The position numbers and the translations under genes are program-made. Positions 44,070-53,078 of a stretch of 64,000 bases of DNA are shown here, piece after piece. This DNA is from a virus, in IMG/VR virus record IMGVR_UViG_3300027987_000509; one strand, 5' to 3'. The notes beneath the pieces were generated by a model. The model ran no database searches. It was not told the DNA's origin and worked only from the letters and a program-made list of their open reading frames with translations. Numbering within the stretch: position 1 is the first letter of the stretch; each line of letters begins with the position of its first letter.

Positions 44070-45325
44070 TCGACCCAAAACTCAAGCAAGCCTGCACTGA
44101 GGTCGACGATTGGTGCGGCAAGCATGGAATTAAGTACGACATCGTCTGCGACGAGTCAGACTTGCAAGGGTTCATGTTGTTCAAGAAGGATCGCTCAGCA
44201 CTTGGTGGACTTGTTGAACACCTCCGACCACTCATTGAGAGAGGCGATGTCCATCTCGAAATGAGAAAGGTCAGGGGTGGCAACATCCTGGCTTTCTCTC
44301 TAAAGGCCATTTCCGAAGAACAAATCAACAAAATCCTAGCGGAAGCTGGTGAGGAAGAAGTTGCAATGACATTCAAAGAACGAATCAGTGACGCGTTCAC
44401 AAATCCACCGGTCATTGTCCAAGAACAAGGAACCGGCCCAGACTTCCTCGCCTCCGCCAAGAAGATCGCTGAATCTCAGCGAAAATCCGCCACTGGCGGC
44501 ATGACTCGTTCGAATCAGACGTCGCACCAGCGACAGCAACATACGAGCGACACCACTCAGGGCGGCGTCGAACATGGTGCATCGCCCAAATCCACGTCGC
44601 CCGAAGAAGACGGTATGCAATACCGAGCACAAACCACGAAGGGAGCAACTCTCAAAGGCGGACAAGCCACAAAAGGTTCGCCGATGCGATTTGAGGGTAA
44701 AGTCAGTGCCGCACTCCAGTTGCCGGTCGATCGCAACCCCACTGACTTCGATCTCGCTCTCAATGAAACTCTGCAAGGCATGGCTACTCCGACAGGAGCA
44801 CAGCCAGGCGATCTTTTCAACCAATTCGCCAGGGCTCTGCAGGTTCTAGGTCAGCAGATGGGCATCGGTCCGCTGCAGGATCAGCTGAAGAAGCAAGGTA
44901 TCCAGTGGAAGAAGTCGGACGACGGGTTGTCGATCATCCTGTACATCCAGAATGCCCAGACCAACGCACCGCAACCGATCGCTCGCATTACCTCCGAAAC
45001 TCTCCAGAATCCGAGAGATTTTGAGGATCAACTGACGAACATGCTCGACTTCGCGAAGGGAGAGGCACCCGGTTCCTTGCGACAAAAGCAGCAAGAGATG
45101 AAGGACCAAGAGGGAGCGATCAGAGATATCGCTCAGGCTATTTCTCCGGAAGACCAGGAGAGCGAAGTATCGAAACAAATGAATCAGCCGCAGCAAGGTG
45201 CGGCCCCAGCGGCACCGCAGCCACAACCACAACCGAATGCAGGAGTGGCCGCCGCCACTCAAGCCGCCTCCCCCAAGCCAGTCTTAGCCGCTGGCAAAAT
45301 CAGAAAACGATCCGGTCTGGTGTAG
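44066..45325 (+). CDS. Gln-rich hypothetical protein, probable head-associated
   Basis: 419 aa; ISEE, IAES, LNET sites; low-complexity tail. Confidence 0.75.
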   Translation: MIDPKLKQACTEVDDWCGKHGIKYDIVCDESDLQGFMLFKKDRSALGGLVEHLRPLIERGDVHLEMRKVRGGNILAFSLKAISEEQINKILAEAGEEEVAMTFKERISDAFTNPPVIVQEQGTGPDFLASAKKIAESQRKSATGGMTRSNQTSHQRQQHTSDTTQGGVEHGASPKSTSPEEDGMQYRAQTTKGATLKGGQATKGSPMRFEGKVSAALQLPVDRNPTDFDLALNETLQGMATPTGAQPGDLFNQFARALQVLGQQMGIGPLQDQLKKQGIQWKKSDDGLSIILYIQNAQTNAPQPIARITSETLQNPRDFEDQLTNMLDFAKGEAPGSLRQKQQEMKDQEGAIRDIAQAISPEDQESEVSKQMNQPQQGAAPAAPQPQPQPNAGVAAATQAASPKPVLAAGKIRKRSGLV

Positions 45326-45362
45326 TTGTGGGGAAGTACATATCGCGTAATTAGGAGGCGAG

Positions 45363-46010
45363 ATGGCCACACCTACAACCCCAGATAATAGAGTCAGGCT
45401 TCCTGCGGCCAAGATCGATTTTTCAACAGACGTCGGTTTGGCCAGCCAGGATCATGACAGCTACCCTCCTCCACAAGGGCAGGCTCGATTCGACCATATG
45501 CGGATGTTCTTGATTGGATTGCTTGCTCAGCAATCATCTTATCAAGAACCAACACAATATCGAGACGGCACTCCGTGGTTCGATCTGAACACACTGCAGA
45601 TCAAAATCAGGAAAGGGTCCGAATGGGTTCCTTATGCCGATGCTATCGCCCTGGAAGAGGACGAAGACGGCAACATCACGACGCTTGCAGATTGGTTTGC
45701 TGCTGTCTCATCATCTCTCGGTTCGCTAGCACCTGAAATTGTCTTTTCCGGCACTGTCAGTGCTGACGACCAAACAAGTATCACAATTCCGACGTCTCTC
45801 CGGACCTTTCTCTATTCGGATTCGCGGCCATTTGTCTACAAGAACGGGTTGCTAATCGACCCACGAAACACTCGCCTCGATCCAGGCAGTAATCCTACTG
45901 CTGTTGACTTCACAGGAGGCGAGCAACTTGACACTGATGATACTTTCACCGTGATGATTCGTCGTATTCCTAGCGAGACTTGGTACACACCTAACGTACC
46001 GGCACCGTAA
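45363..46010 (+). CDS. Putative virion structural protein
   Basis: AGGAGG RBS; EPTQYRDGTPWFDLNT..IKI..GSEW fibre/baseplate-type motif. Confidence 0.6.
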   Translation: MATPTTPDNRVRLPAAKIDFSTDVGLASQDHDSYPPPQGQARFDHMRMFLIGLLAQQSSYQEPTQYRDGTPWFDLNTLQIKIRKGSEWVPYADAIALEEDEDGNITTLADWFAAVSSSLGSLAPEIVFSGTVSADDQTSITIPTSLRTFLYSDSRPFVYKNGLLIDPRNTRLDPGSNPTAVDFTGGEQLDTDDTFTVMIRRIPSETWYTPNVPAP

Positions 46011-46354
46011 TGAAGCTCTCAGACAGGTTAAACATCGTACTCGAAAATCGGGGCTTGGGCACAACCGAGCTACCTGACGATGTTCCTGTGCAGGAAGAAG
46101 AGCATCAATTCACGGTAGAACCAGACTCGATCCAGTTTGCCACTTTTGATGATCTCGCCCAGATGCTCAAAGGTGCCGACAAAGTACAACCAGACGAGGA
46201 CGGCGTTCGTGTAGTGTGCGTCAAGGATGTTAGCTTGCGAGAGATGTGCCTGCCAGCGGTTCGCGGCAAGTTCATCATTGACGATATCCAACGCAATGGG
46301 ACAGAGTATGAAGTCCATCTCGTCGAGAATCCTCTGCACGAGCGGCAAACATAG
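46010..46354 (+). CDS. Probable internal head protein
   Basis: MKLSDRLNIVLE|N N-terminus. Confidence 0.65.
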   Translation: MKLSDRLNIVLENRGLGTTELPDDVPVQEEEHQFTVEPDSIQFATFDDLAQMLKGADKVQPDEDGVRVVCVKDVSLREMCLPAVRGKFIIDDIQRNGTEYEVHLVENPLHERQT

Positions 46355-46361
46355 GTGAACC

Positions 46362-47417
46362 ATGAAAATCCAACTATCTGAAAAATACGGCCAAAAGCGG
46401 AATTACCGCGAATACAAAGGCGAACTCGAATTTGAAATTCGTGACCGCCACGGCCGTGTCATCGATCGAATCCGCGAACCGAACATCGTCAAGATCTTCG
46501 CGAAGGAAATCCTATCGCACCGTCTGCCGTACTCGAAGGTGTGGGACCCGAATGCAAGCGGTGGTGCTGGCGACTGGGTGACGCACAACATCGACATCGA
46601 CGAATTCGCAGCGAAGTATATTGTCTTTGGTGCGTCATTTGACGAAAACGGCAACCCGCTCGATACAGCAGATACCCGTTTTTACACGGAAGACTCGGTG
46701 GTCGGCGGCTTTGTCCCAATCAGCCTTGGTACAGGTGCGGAATATGATGGTGGGCTGATTAATGCCATCCCGATTTCCGAACCGACACGACCCATCAAGA
46801 GAATCGAACGCATCTTCTTCGAACCGTCTTATCAGCCTGCCGGGACGCCTCTCCTTGCTGATGACGTCCGGGCCATCAACAACATCGTCGTCCTTGAGAC
46901 GACACTTCTGAAGACAGAGTACAACGGGCTGGGTATTACAAGCAGCGACTTCTTCACACTCACCGAAGTCGCTCTGGTGGGTGCCGCTGAAGTCGGAACA
47001 GTAGGTGCTTGCGAATGCGATCCGCGAGACATCTTTTTGACGGCGAGTGCGGACAGCGACGCCTTCCTTGCCAGTGCGTCCGGCACTGAGACTATTTCGC
47101 TTGATTCTTCAGAAACAGAGGTTGACGCGATCAAGGAAGGCGACCAAATCAAGATTGTCGCACCTGGATCGACGGCCGAAGCGGACCTGATCCTCAACCA
47201 ACTCAATCCGTATTATCTGGTGGTCAACAAGGCGTTGGGCGGCCGTGACCTCACTCTCGATCGCACGCCAGTTGACGCCGATAACATCGCTCTAACCGGT
47301 GACGTAGGCGTTCTGCGTGACGGCTTCAGAATCTTCTCGCATCGCATCTTGAAGACTCCGGTCAAGAAATCGGAGGACTTTGAGATTGTGGTTCGCTGGA
47401 GGATTATCTTCAACTAA
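46362..47417 (+). CDS. Putative tail/baseplate (tail-collar-like) protein
   Basis: NIVKIF..., TTLLKTEYNG, TEVALV, FSHRI..PVKK....VRWRIIF pattern typical of phage tail-collar/fibre attachment proteins; CAAACATA at 46346. Confidence 0.6.
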   Translation: MKIQLSEKYGQKRNYREYKGELEFEIRDRHGRVIDRIREPNIVKIFAKEILSHRLPYSKVWDPNASGGAGDWVTHNIDIDEFAAKYIVFGASFDENGNPLDTADTRFYTEDSVVGGFVPISLGTGAEYDGGLINAIPISEPTRPIKRIERIFFEPSYQPAGTPLLADDVRAINNIVVLETTLLKTEYNGLGITSSDFFTLTEVALVGAAEVGTVGACECDPRDIFLTASADSDAFLASASGTETISLDSSETEVDAIKEGDQIKIVAPGSTAEADLILNQLNPYYLVVNKALGGRDLTLDRTPVDADNIALTGDVGVLRDGFRIFSHRILKTPVKKSEDFEIVVRWRIIFN

Positions 47418-47422
47418 AAATA
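47415..47422 (+). promoter_or_regulatory. Late-promoter-like motif TAAAAATA, 4 nt before ATG
   Basis: Recurrent motif and spacing. Confidence 0.45.
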
Positions 47423-47426
47423 TCGT

Positions 47427-48200
47427 ATGAAACTTCGTACGATAAATGATGCAGTTTCCGACGAGCGTCGGCGAATCATCAAAGAGCTGAACAAGCTCGC
47501 CAAAGATGCTGAGCTTGCTGCTTCTGAAGAACTGCATACTCTTCTCAAGGACCCGGTTGGAATGGTCCGCCATACGCTGGCAGGGATCAAGGCCGATTTC
47601 AGCCTTCTTGAGGATGAGACGTGGTGGCACCAAATGTTCGAGTATTGGGACCACCTCGAGCCAGAGTTCCTCATGTCCGCCTATGAGGAAATCTACACCG
47701 ACGTCATGGAGCGAATTAAGAAGGCAGTGGAAGCCGGGGTGATGGTGGAGAGCAAACTTGGCGGATTTCTTGGCATCATTGCCAAAATAGGTCTTCTCTT
47801 TCTGATGCTCGCCTTTGGTCCTTCCCTCATGGGACTAGGTAAAGACAAGCATGGAAGAGACCACAGAAATCGAAGAGGTGGTGGAAGACGCGAGCCCAAC
47901 ATTCGACATCCGAGTCGGGACGATCTGCCTCCAACACCAGCAACATTAGCCGCCGGTGAGAACACCTTCGAAATTAGAAGGCTAAATCCTTACATTGTCT
48001 ACAAGTTCGTTGAAGCTTGTGTCAATGAAACCAAGAAGCGAATAGCTGGCGGTGAACTCGAATCATTTGAAGATCCAGCGGCTCCAGGCGATCTCGGTGC
48101 AGAACGTGAGATTCCTGACGCCGAGGATAGCACCAAAGCACCATATAATAGTGGTGAAGAGGTGACTTATCCAGAACCCGATGAAGAACTCCCATTCTGA
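47427..48200 (+). CDS. Hypothetical protein with one hydrophobic segment
   Basis: 257 aa; VMVE|S followed by LGGFLGIIAKIGLLFLMLAFG. Confidence 0.7.
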   Translation: MKLRTINDAVSDERRRIIKELNKLAKDAELAASEELHTLLKDPVGMVRHTLAGIKADFSLLEDETWWHQMFEYWDHLEPEFLMSAYEEIYTDVMERIKKAVEAGVMVESKLGGFLGIIAKIGLLFLMLAFGPSLMGLGKDKHGRDHRNRRGGGRREPNIRHPSRDDLPPTPATLAAGENTFEIRRLNPYIVYKFVEACVNETKKRIAGGELESFEDPAAPGDLGAEREIPDAEDSTKAPYNSGEEVTYPEPDEELPF

Positions 48201-48209
48201 GGACAGATC

Positions 48210-48719
48210 ATGAAAACGATCCTTCTTGCTCTATGCGTGTTCGTGTCAGCGGTGTCAACAGCTGACGCCTGTCACAGATGTCGGTGCTACACACATTGCA
48301 TCTACCAAGCTGCACCGGTCGTCACGAATAAGGTCGATGTGCAGTTCAGGCATCTTCGCTTCGTCAACCAAACGCCACCTGTCAGCCAGGACGAAATCAA
48401 CACCGAGCTTGCATTACGGCGGCAATGGGAAATGCTCACGTCGGCGATCCCGATCGCCCCGCCGATCGACCAAAGGCAGCTGTTCCGTCCGTTCCAATTC
48501 AGGGATAATCTACCTCCATACAGAGCTGCCCAACAAGTGCAGGACGAGGGGTACCAAGAGGTCAGGTACGTCAGACGGACCAAGGTCTATAGGGGCCTGG
48601 TCGATTTCAGTTTGCGTGTCGAGCCAGGCGGGAATGTGAACTTGATTCAAGCGACACAATCTGGCACTCAGACTCAATCATCCACGCAGACTCAGACGAC
48701 CACGGGAAGCGGGTATTAG
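48210..48719 (+). CDS. Secreted hypothetical protein
   Basis: Signal peptide MKTILLALCVFVSAVSTADA|C. Confidence 0.7.
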   Translation: MKTILLALCVFVSAVSTADACHRCRCYTHCIYQAAPVVTNKVDVQFRHLRFVNQTPPVSQDEINTELALRRQWEMLTSAIPIAPPIDQRQLFRPFQFRDNLPPYRAAQQVQDEGYQEVRYVRRTKVYRGLVDFSLRVEPGGNVNLIQATQSGTQTQSSTQTQTTTGSGY

Positions 48720-49015
48720 TCTATTCCGTGGTACTTTCTGTATGATAAGCATGCTTCGCAACCAACCTCGAAATCGCGGCATGTTGCCGGTCGATGTTCG
48801 TAATGCTTGCATCGACCGTTTTCGAGCCAATAACAGGGCTGCATGCTTCCCTCACGATCCGGTTCTTTGATCTCTCGCTGTAAAACTTCATCCCTGAGAT
48901 GTGGCGGTAGATCGTAGATCTCGTGGCGGACAAATGGTGGTGTGCCCATTTCGTTGCAGCATACGCCGCAACCATCACAGGTCACCACAGGCAGTTGCCC
49001 ATCAAATATTAACAT
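48716..49015 (-). CDS. YkgJ-family CxxCxxCC cysteine-cluster protein
   Basis: CDGCGVCC...PCYWLENGRCKHYEHRPATCRDF. Confidence 0.85.
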   Translation of the reverse strand: MLIFDGQLPVVTCDGCGVCCNEMGTPPFVRHEIYDLPPHLRDEVLQREIKEPDREGSMQPCYWLENGRCKHYEHRPATCRDFEVGCEACLSYRKYHGID

Positions 49016-49036
49016 AGATCAAACCGGAGATCCAAA

Positions 49037-49951
49037 ATGCCACAGACTATCTCTCCTCAGCTCGTTCGTTCGATCGCAGAACAAATGGGGCTGGTGCAGG
49101 CCGAGGCGAAGTTCGCCACACAGTATCTACAATATTACTACGAGCCTGACAAGAACAAGGTTCTGACCGAAACCGATATCGCGTCCCACACGCGAAGCTT
49201 CCAAAAGATGTTTGGGCTTACCGCCAATGGTAAGCTCGATGGTAAGACACTCACAGCGATGGCATACCCACGATGTGGGTGCCCTGACTTCATGATGATC
49301 AGCAATGATCAGCAGGCAGTCAAGTGGGGACCGAAGAACATCACGTACTTTGTCGAAAAGTACGTCAACGGCATCAACAAGTCCGATCAGGACGACATTC
49401 TCGATCTAGCATTCGAGCAATGGGAAGAGCACATCGAGCTTGATATTCGCCGCACGAACACCAAGAATTCGGCGAATTTGATCCTTTCGACAGGCCAAGG
49501 GCGAGCAGACAACTTCGATGGCCCATCAGGGACTTTGGCATGGGCATACTTGCCGCCAAACAACAATTTCCAGGGCCAGTTGTTGATGCGTTTCGACCTA
49601 GACGAAACGTGGATCGTCAACGCTCGCGATAGGGGCATCCTGCTCCTAAATGTTGCGTGCCACGAATTCGGGCACATGCTTGGTCTCGAGCATTCGAGTA
49701 TCCAGAGAGCATTGATGGCACCGTATTACTCGGCCGGTATCACCAAGCCGCAGTTCAACGATGACATCACCAGAATCCAGGCTCTGTACGGCAAGAAGAC
49801 GACACCGCCTTCACCACCGCCACCGCCTCCGCCTGGACCTACTCCTCCTCCGCCTCCGAGTGGCGGGAATCGCGTCGAGATTACGGGGATCGATAGCCTC
49901 GATCAGGTGAAGATCAATGGCAAGCCAGTGGCCGATTTCACACTGATTTAG
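49037..49951 (+). CDS. Matrixin (M10, MMP-like) metalloprotease
   Basis: PG-binding-like FQKMFGLTANGKLD, cysteine switch PRCGCPD, FDGPSGTLAWA, HEFGHMLGLEHS, ALMAPYY. Confidence 0.92.
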   Translation: MPQTISPQLVRSIAEQMGLVQAEAKFATQYLQYYYEPDKNKVLTETDIASHTRSFQKMFGLTANGKLDGKTLTAMAYPRCGCPDFMMISNDQQAVKWGPKNITYFVEKYVNGINKSDQDDILDLAFEQWEEHIELDIRRTNTKNSANLILSTGQGRADNFDGPSGTLAWAYLPPNNNFQGQLLMRFDLDETWIVNARDRGILLLNVACHEFGHMLGLEHSSIQRALMAPYYSAGITKPQFNDDITRIQALYGKKTTPPSPPPPPPPGPTPPPPPSGGNRVEITGIDSLDQVKINGKPVADFTLI

Positions 49952-50289
49952 GGCATCTCTTCGATGTAGCACCCGAGCGGGTACTTCACAGGTCCGGCTT
50001 CTGCGTAGAAGTCAGTGCCGCCACCCTTGATTTGGTCGCGTTTGAGTTCTGCGACCTCTTGCGAGCCGGACCATACCACGGCTCTGCCTGTCTTGTCGAT
50101 CTCGTCGGCGAGCTTGAAGCACTTTGCGACGTCGTAATGGAACACCTTCTGGAATAATTCCATGACGTACTGGAAGGTGTGCTCATCGTCGTTCATGACG
50201 ATGACCGCCCAGGGCTTCGCTTTCTTCGGCTTTTTCTCTTCCGGAGCTTTGGTTGTTACGGGCGGCTCCAGAACTGCTGTGTCGCTCAT
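49948..50289 (-). CDS. clpS: ATP-dependent Clp protease adaptor ClpS
   Basis: WAVIVMNDDEHTFQYV..GRAVV..EVAELK. Confidence 0.9.
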   Translation of the reverse strand: MSDTAVLEPPVTTKAPEEKKPKKAKPWAVIVMNDDEHTFQYVMELFQKVFHYDVAKCFKLADEIDKTGRAVVWSGSQEVAELKRDQIKGGGTDFYAEAGPVKYPLGCYIEEMP

Positions 50290-50291
50290 GA

Positions 50292-50693
50292 TTACTCCAC
50301 TGGATCAATTCCGATCTTGAAAAGTAGGACAGTCCGCTTTTCGCCCGCGAGTTTGTTGCGAGCTGCTTTAGTCATGATAAATCCATCAAACCAGTTGCGA
50401 GAGCGGACTTCTTTTCCATCTTTGTCGACGGCTACGCCCCAGCAGTGGTCGTTCCATAGAAAAATGTGCTCTCCGTTGATAACACATTCGGCGATCGTCT
50501 CGAACGTTGGATTCTCAATGTCGTCGGCCACGTCTACGGCATACATTTCGCCATCAGTGGTTTGTACACGTTGTTTGGCGACCACAGACAAGAAATGAGG
50601 TTTGGTTTTGGTGAAATGCTCTTTGAGAAATATAAGGTACTTCTCAGGATTGTGCGGTGTGAAGTCATACCGTTTCCTGAATGCCTTTTTCAT
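50292..50693 (-). CDS. Hypothetical protein
   Basis: 133-aa ORF coupled to clpS. Confidence 0.65.
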   Translation of the reverse strand: MKKAFRKRYDFTPHNPEKYLIFLKEHFTKTKPHFLSVVAKQRVQTTDGEMYAVDVADDIENPTFETIAECVINGEHIFLWNDHCWGVAVDKDGKEVRSRNWFDGFIMTKAARNKLAGEKRTVLLFKIGIDPVE

Positions 50694-50804
50694 CGCAACG
50701 CTGCCTTGACACCCCTGCCTGCCGTCACACTTGGGTCGACAAATGGTAGATAGGCAAAATTACAAATGTAGTCTTGCCAGACCGCAGCAGTGGAGGACTG
50801 AGCC

Positions 50805-52562
50805 ATTCCTACTATAACACCAGCCAGTGTCCCGACAAAAGCCCCTGGTACTCTATTCAGTGCATTCACTGGTGGGGATACCACGCTGAATATTCGGTGG
50901 CTCGTCGCTACTGATCCTGTTTTCTTCGAGACTCTGAACAGGCCGACAGCCGACATCACCGTTCGGCAACTGGTGCTGGCGAAAGCAATCGACAGCATCC
51001 AATTGAGCCTTGGGCATGCGGCACTGTACCCATACCTAATACAGCCGCGAGTATCGTCCGGGACTCAAGAAGTCGATGTTCCGCTCCGTTGGATCTGGGA
51101 CATCCACGCCTCCCTACCGAAGAAATGGGAAAACCTGCGTCTCGCCAAAATCAAGAGAATTTCCGGCGAAAACAGCACCACCAGTGGCTACGACGGTTGG
51201 CTCCGCTGCATCTTCACAGCCAACGTCGAAAACTCGGCTACCGAAGTATCGGTCTTCTACGCCGATTACCAAATCGACAGCAACCTCACCTACCAACCAG
51301 TGCGAATGGGCGTCGTCGACTCGCTCGAAGAAGCGGTCTCACTGGACCCCGGCGAAGTCGAAACAGTCGCTGGGTTCCTGATCTTTCGAACGCTCGACGA
51401 TACACTGCAGGAAGTCCAGGACTTCTACGACCTCCTTGTACCTCCAACAGACACCACCGATTCTGACGCTGACGGATTTTATGACAACCCAGCGATCTAC
51501 GAGATCGTTGATACTGTTGCCGGAGGGGTCGGTATCAGTGACGACTTCGCCACCGTTGCCCTCTCGCACGGAACGGGGCTCTTCACTGACAGTGCCTGGA
51601 ACGCGATCCCGCAGCTCGACAGCGATATCCAATCTTGGATTGTTTCGTTCAACTATCCGTTCGACTCCCTTGCGAACAGGACGTCCATCGACAATATCAC
51701 AATCCCGAATGGATTGTTCAAAGAATTCGATATTGTCGCTCCAGCAGGTGACCAGCCGACTGGAGACACCAGCGGCCTGACGTACCCAGTGTGGCTGTCA
51801 AGGATTGAACGAATCGGGACCGGCTCGCAACAGCTTAGGCTGTATTTCTCGACGTTCAACGTCACGGACGCCGAATCCGGAGGAAATCCGAGCACCGCAG
51901 CAATCGAATTTGCGACTCTCGATTTGATCCGGTCTGCAACTCAAGGCGAAATCGTCGATATTGTCCCGATCGATAATCTGTTGCTCGAAACCGGCAGCGA
52001 TGCTGACGATTTCTATCAACACTTTGGCCGTGGCCATGTGGTGCTGTCAAGCTTGTGGGATAAGACGACATCCGAGGTCGACGACTTCTTTGATGCGTTC
52101 GACACGATCGTCGATGTGCCTCCTGACACCACTTTCTCGCAATCTTCGACGCGTCTCAGCTCATTTGGGATCAGTCGAGTACCGAAGTACGTGCCGACAA
52201 TCGGTCAGTCTCAAGCCCTCAAGGGAAGCACGTCTCGCAGGACTGCTCCGATTCACCCGAGTTACGACAACCGATACGTTACCGAACTCGACCAGGGTGT
52301 CGGCAATCAAGTGGACCTTGAGGCACAAGTTGGCATCACACCGAATACTGCCATCGACAGGTTCGGCTTCCAGGGTGCATTGGTCCACAAAGTGGTCAAA
52401 CTCATCGTGGACGCAACAGCTGTTGGGAACGATCCAACGTTCTACGACGACGAAATCTTGCCGCGTCTACGGATTCTCTTCGGCCGCGATCCTGCCTTTG
52501 GTGACTTCTGGTACAACGGTACCCGCTTGATGTTCCACAACGGGGACACCTGGCAAGGTTAG
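50805..52562 (+). CDS. Putative virion structural (baseplate/tail) protein; probable ATT start
   Basis: Frame of ORF 50973..52562 is open back to 50802; GGAGGA at 50792-50797 sits 7 nt before ATT 50805. Confidence 0.65.
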   Translation: MPTITPASVPTKAPGTLFSAFTGGDTTLNIRWLVATDPVFFETLNRPTADITVRQLVLAKAIDSIQLSLGHAALYPYLIQPRVSSGTQEVDVPLRWIWDIHASLPKKWENLRLAKIKRISGENSTTSGYDGWLRCIFTANVENSATEVSVFYADYQIDSNLTYQPVRMGVVDSLEEAVSLDPGEVETVAGFLIFRTLDDTLQEVQDFYDLLVPPTDTTDSDADGFYDNPAIYEIVDTVAGGVGISDDFATVALSHGTGLFTDSAWNAIPQLDSDIQSWIVSFNYPFDSLANRTSIDNITIPNGLFKEFDIVAPAGDQPTGDTSGLTYPVWLSRIERIGTGSQQLRLYFSTFNVTDAESGGNPSTAAIEFATLDLIRSATQGEIVDIVPIDNLLLETGSDADDFYQHFGRGHVVLSSLWDKTTSEVDDFFDAFDTIVDVPPDTTFSQSSTRLSSFGISRVPKYVPTIGQSQALKGSTSRRTAPIHPSYDNRYVTELDQGVGNQVDLEAQVGITPNTAIDRFGFQGALVHKVVKLIVDATAVGNDPTFYDDEILPRLRILFGRDPAFGDFWYNGTRLMFHNGDTWQG

Positions 52563-52697
52563 TACCAGAACGAGTCCTTCTATTCCATGCTCTGGGCATG
52601 CTATACCGTGTGTGGCATAGCCCCATTCGCATGTGCAGCAGAATCCTACTCCGTCATAGTGGCCATATTTGTGTTGGCCGATGACGTCGTATCTCAT
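52467..52697 (-). CDS. Possible small Cys/His-rich protein
   Basis: ATGA overlap with upstream stop; FCCTCEW..IACPEHG; overlaps convergent gene by 96 nt. Confidence 0.3.
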   Translation of the reverse strand: MRYDVIGQHKYGHYDGVGFCCTCEWGYATHGIACPEHGIEGLVLVLTLPGVPVVEHQAGTVVPEVTKGRIAAEENP

Positions 52698-52900
52698 TCT
52701 CTTGCTACAGCTATTCTTGCCCACATCATTGCCTCTTCGAGCTTGGTGAATACCAGAGACTTTTCTCGTCCTGGTGCCAAAGATCGCTCCACTTCGTCAC
52801 CGAGTCCAGCCATCATCTCGGCCATTCTGTCCAGCTTGTCGACTTTGTCGACTGTCGGTGCTGGATGTGAGAACCTTGCACGCATGGGGATGCTAGCCAT
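52694..52900 (-). CDS. Acb2/Tad1-like hairpin-domain protein
   Basis: GREKSLVFTKLEEAMMWARIAVAR resembles the Tad1-type RExxLAxTKLEEAxxW helix; GGAG RBS. Confidence 0.7.
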   Translation of the reverse strand: MASIPMRARFSHPAPTVDKVDKLDRMAEMMAGLGDEVERSLAPGREKSLVFTKLEEAMMWARIAVARE

Positions 52901-52976
52901 CTGGGAATCTCCAATGTATTTGAGGGAGGTTGGAACCTATTGGGGATTGAGAATCACCCGGATGTCCCAACCGGAT

Positions 52977-53015
52977 AGTTGGCGGGACCAGCAATGGTCC
53001 CGCCGACTTTTATTT
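52977..53015 (+). terminator. Terminator-like hairpin in divergent intergenic region
   Basis: 14-bp stem (one G-U), GCAA tetraloop, TTTATTT tail. Confidence 0.6.
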
Positions 53016-53078
53016 AACGTCCGGCTCCGGCTCGCAACACCCCAATGTCAACACAACCTTCTTTTGGAGATCAGATCC

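Noticed and set aside
52652-52686. Hairpin between convergent genes as an ncRNA
   Set aside because: Bulged stem, best explained as a terminator or by-product of a possible small ORF; nothing else supports it.
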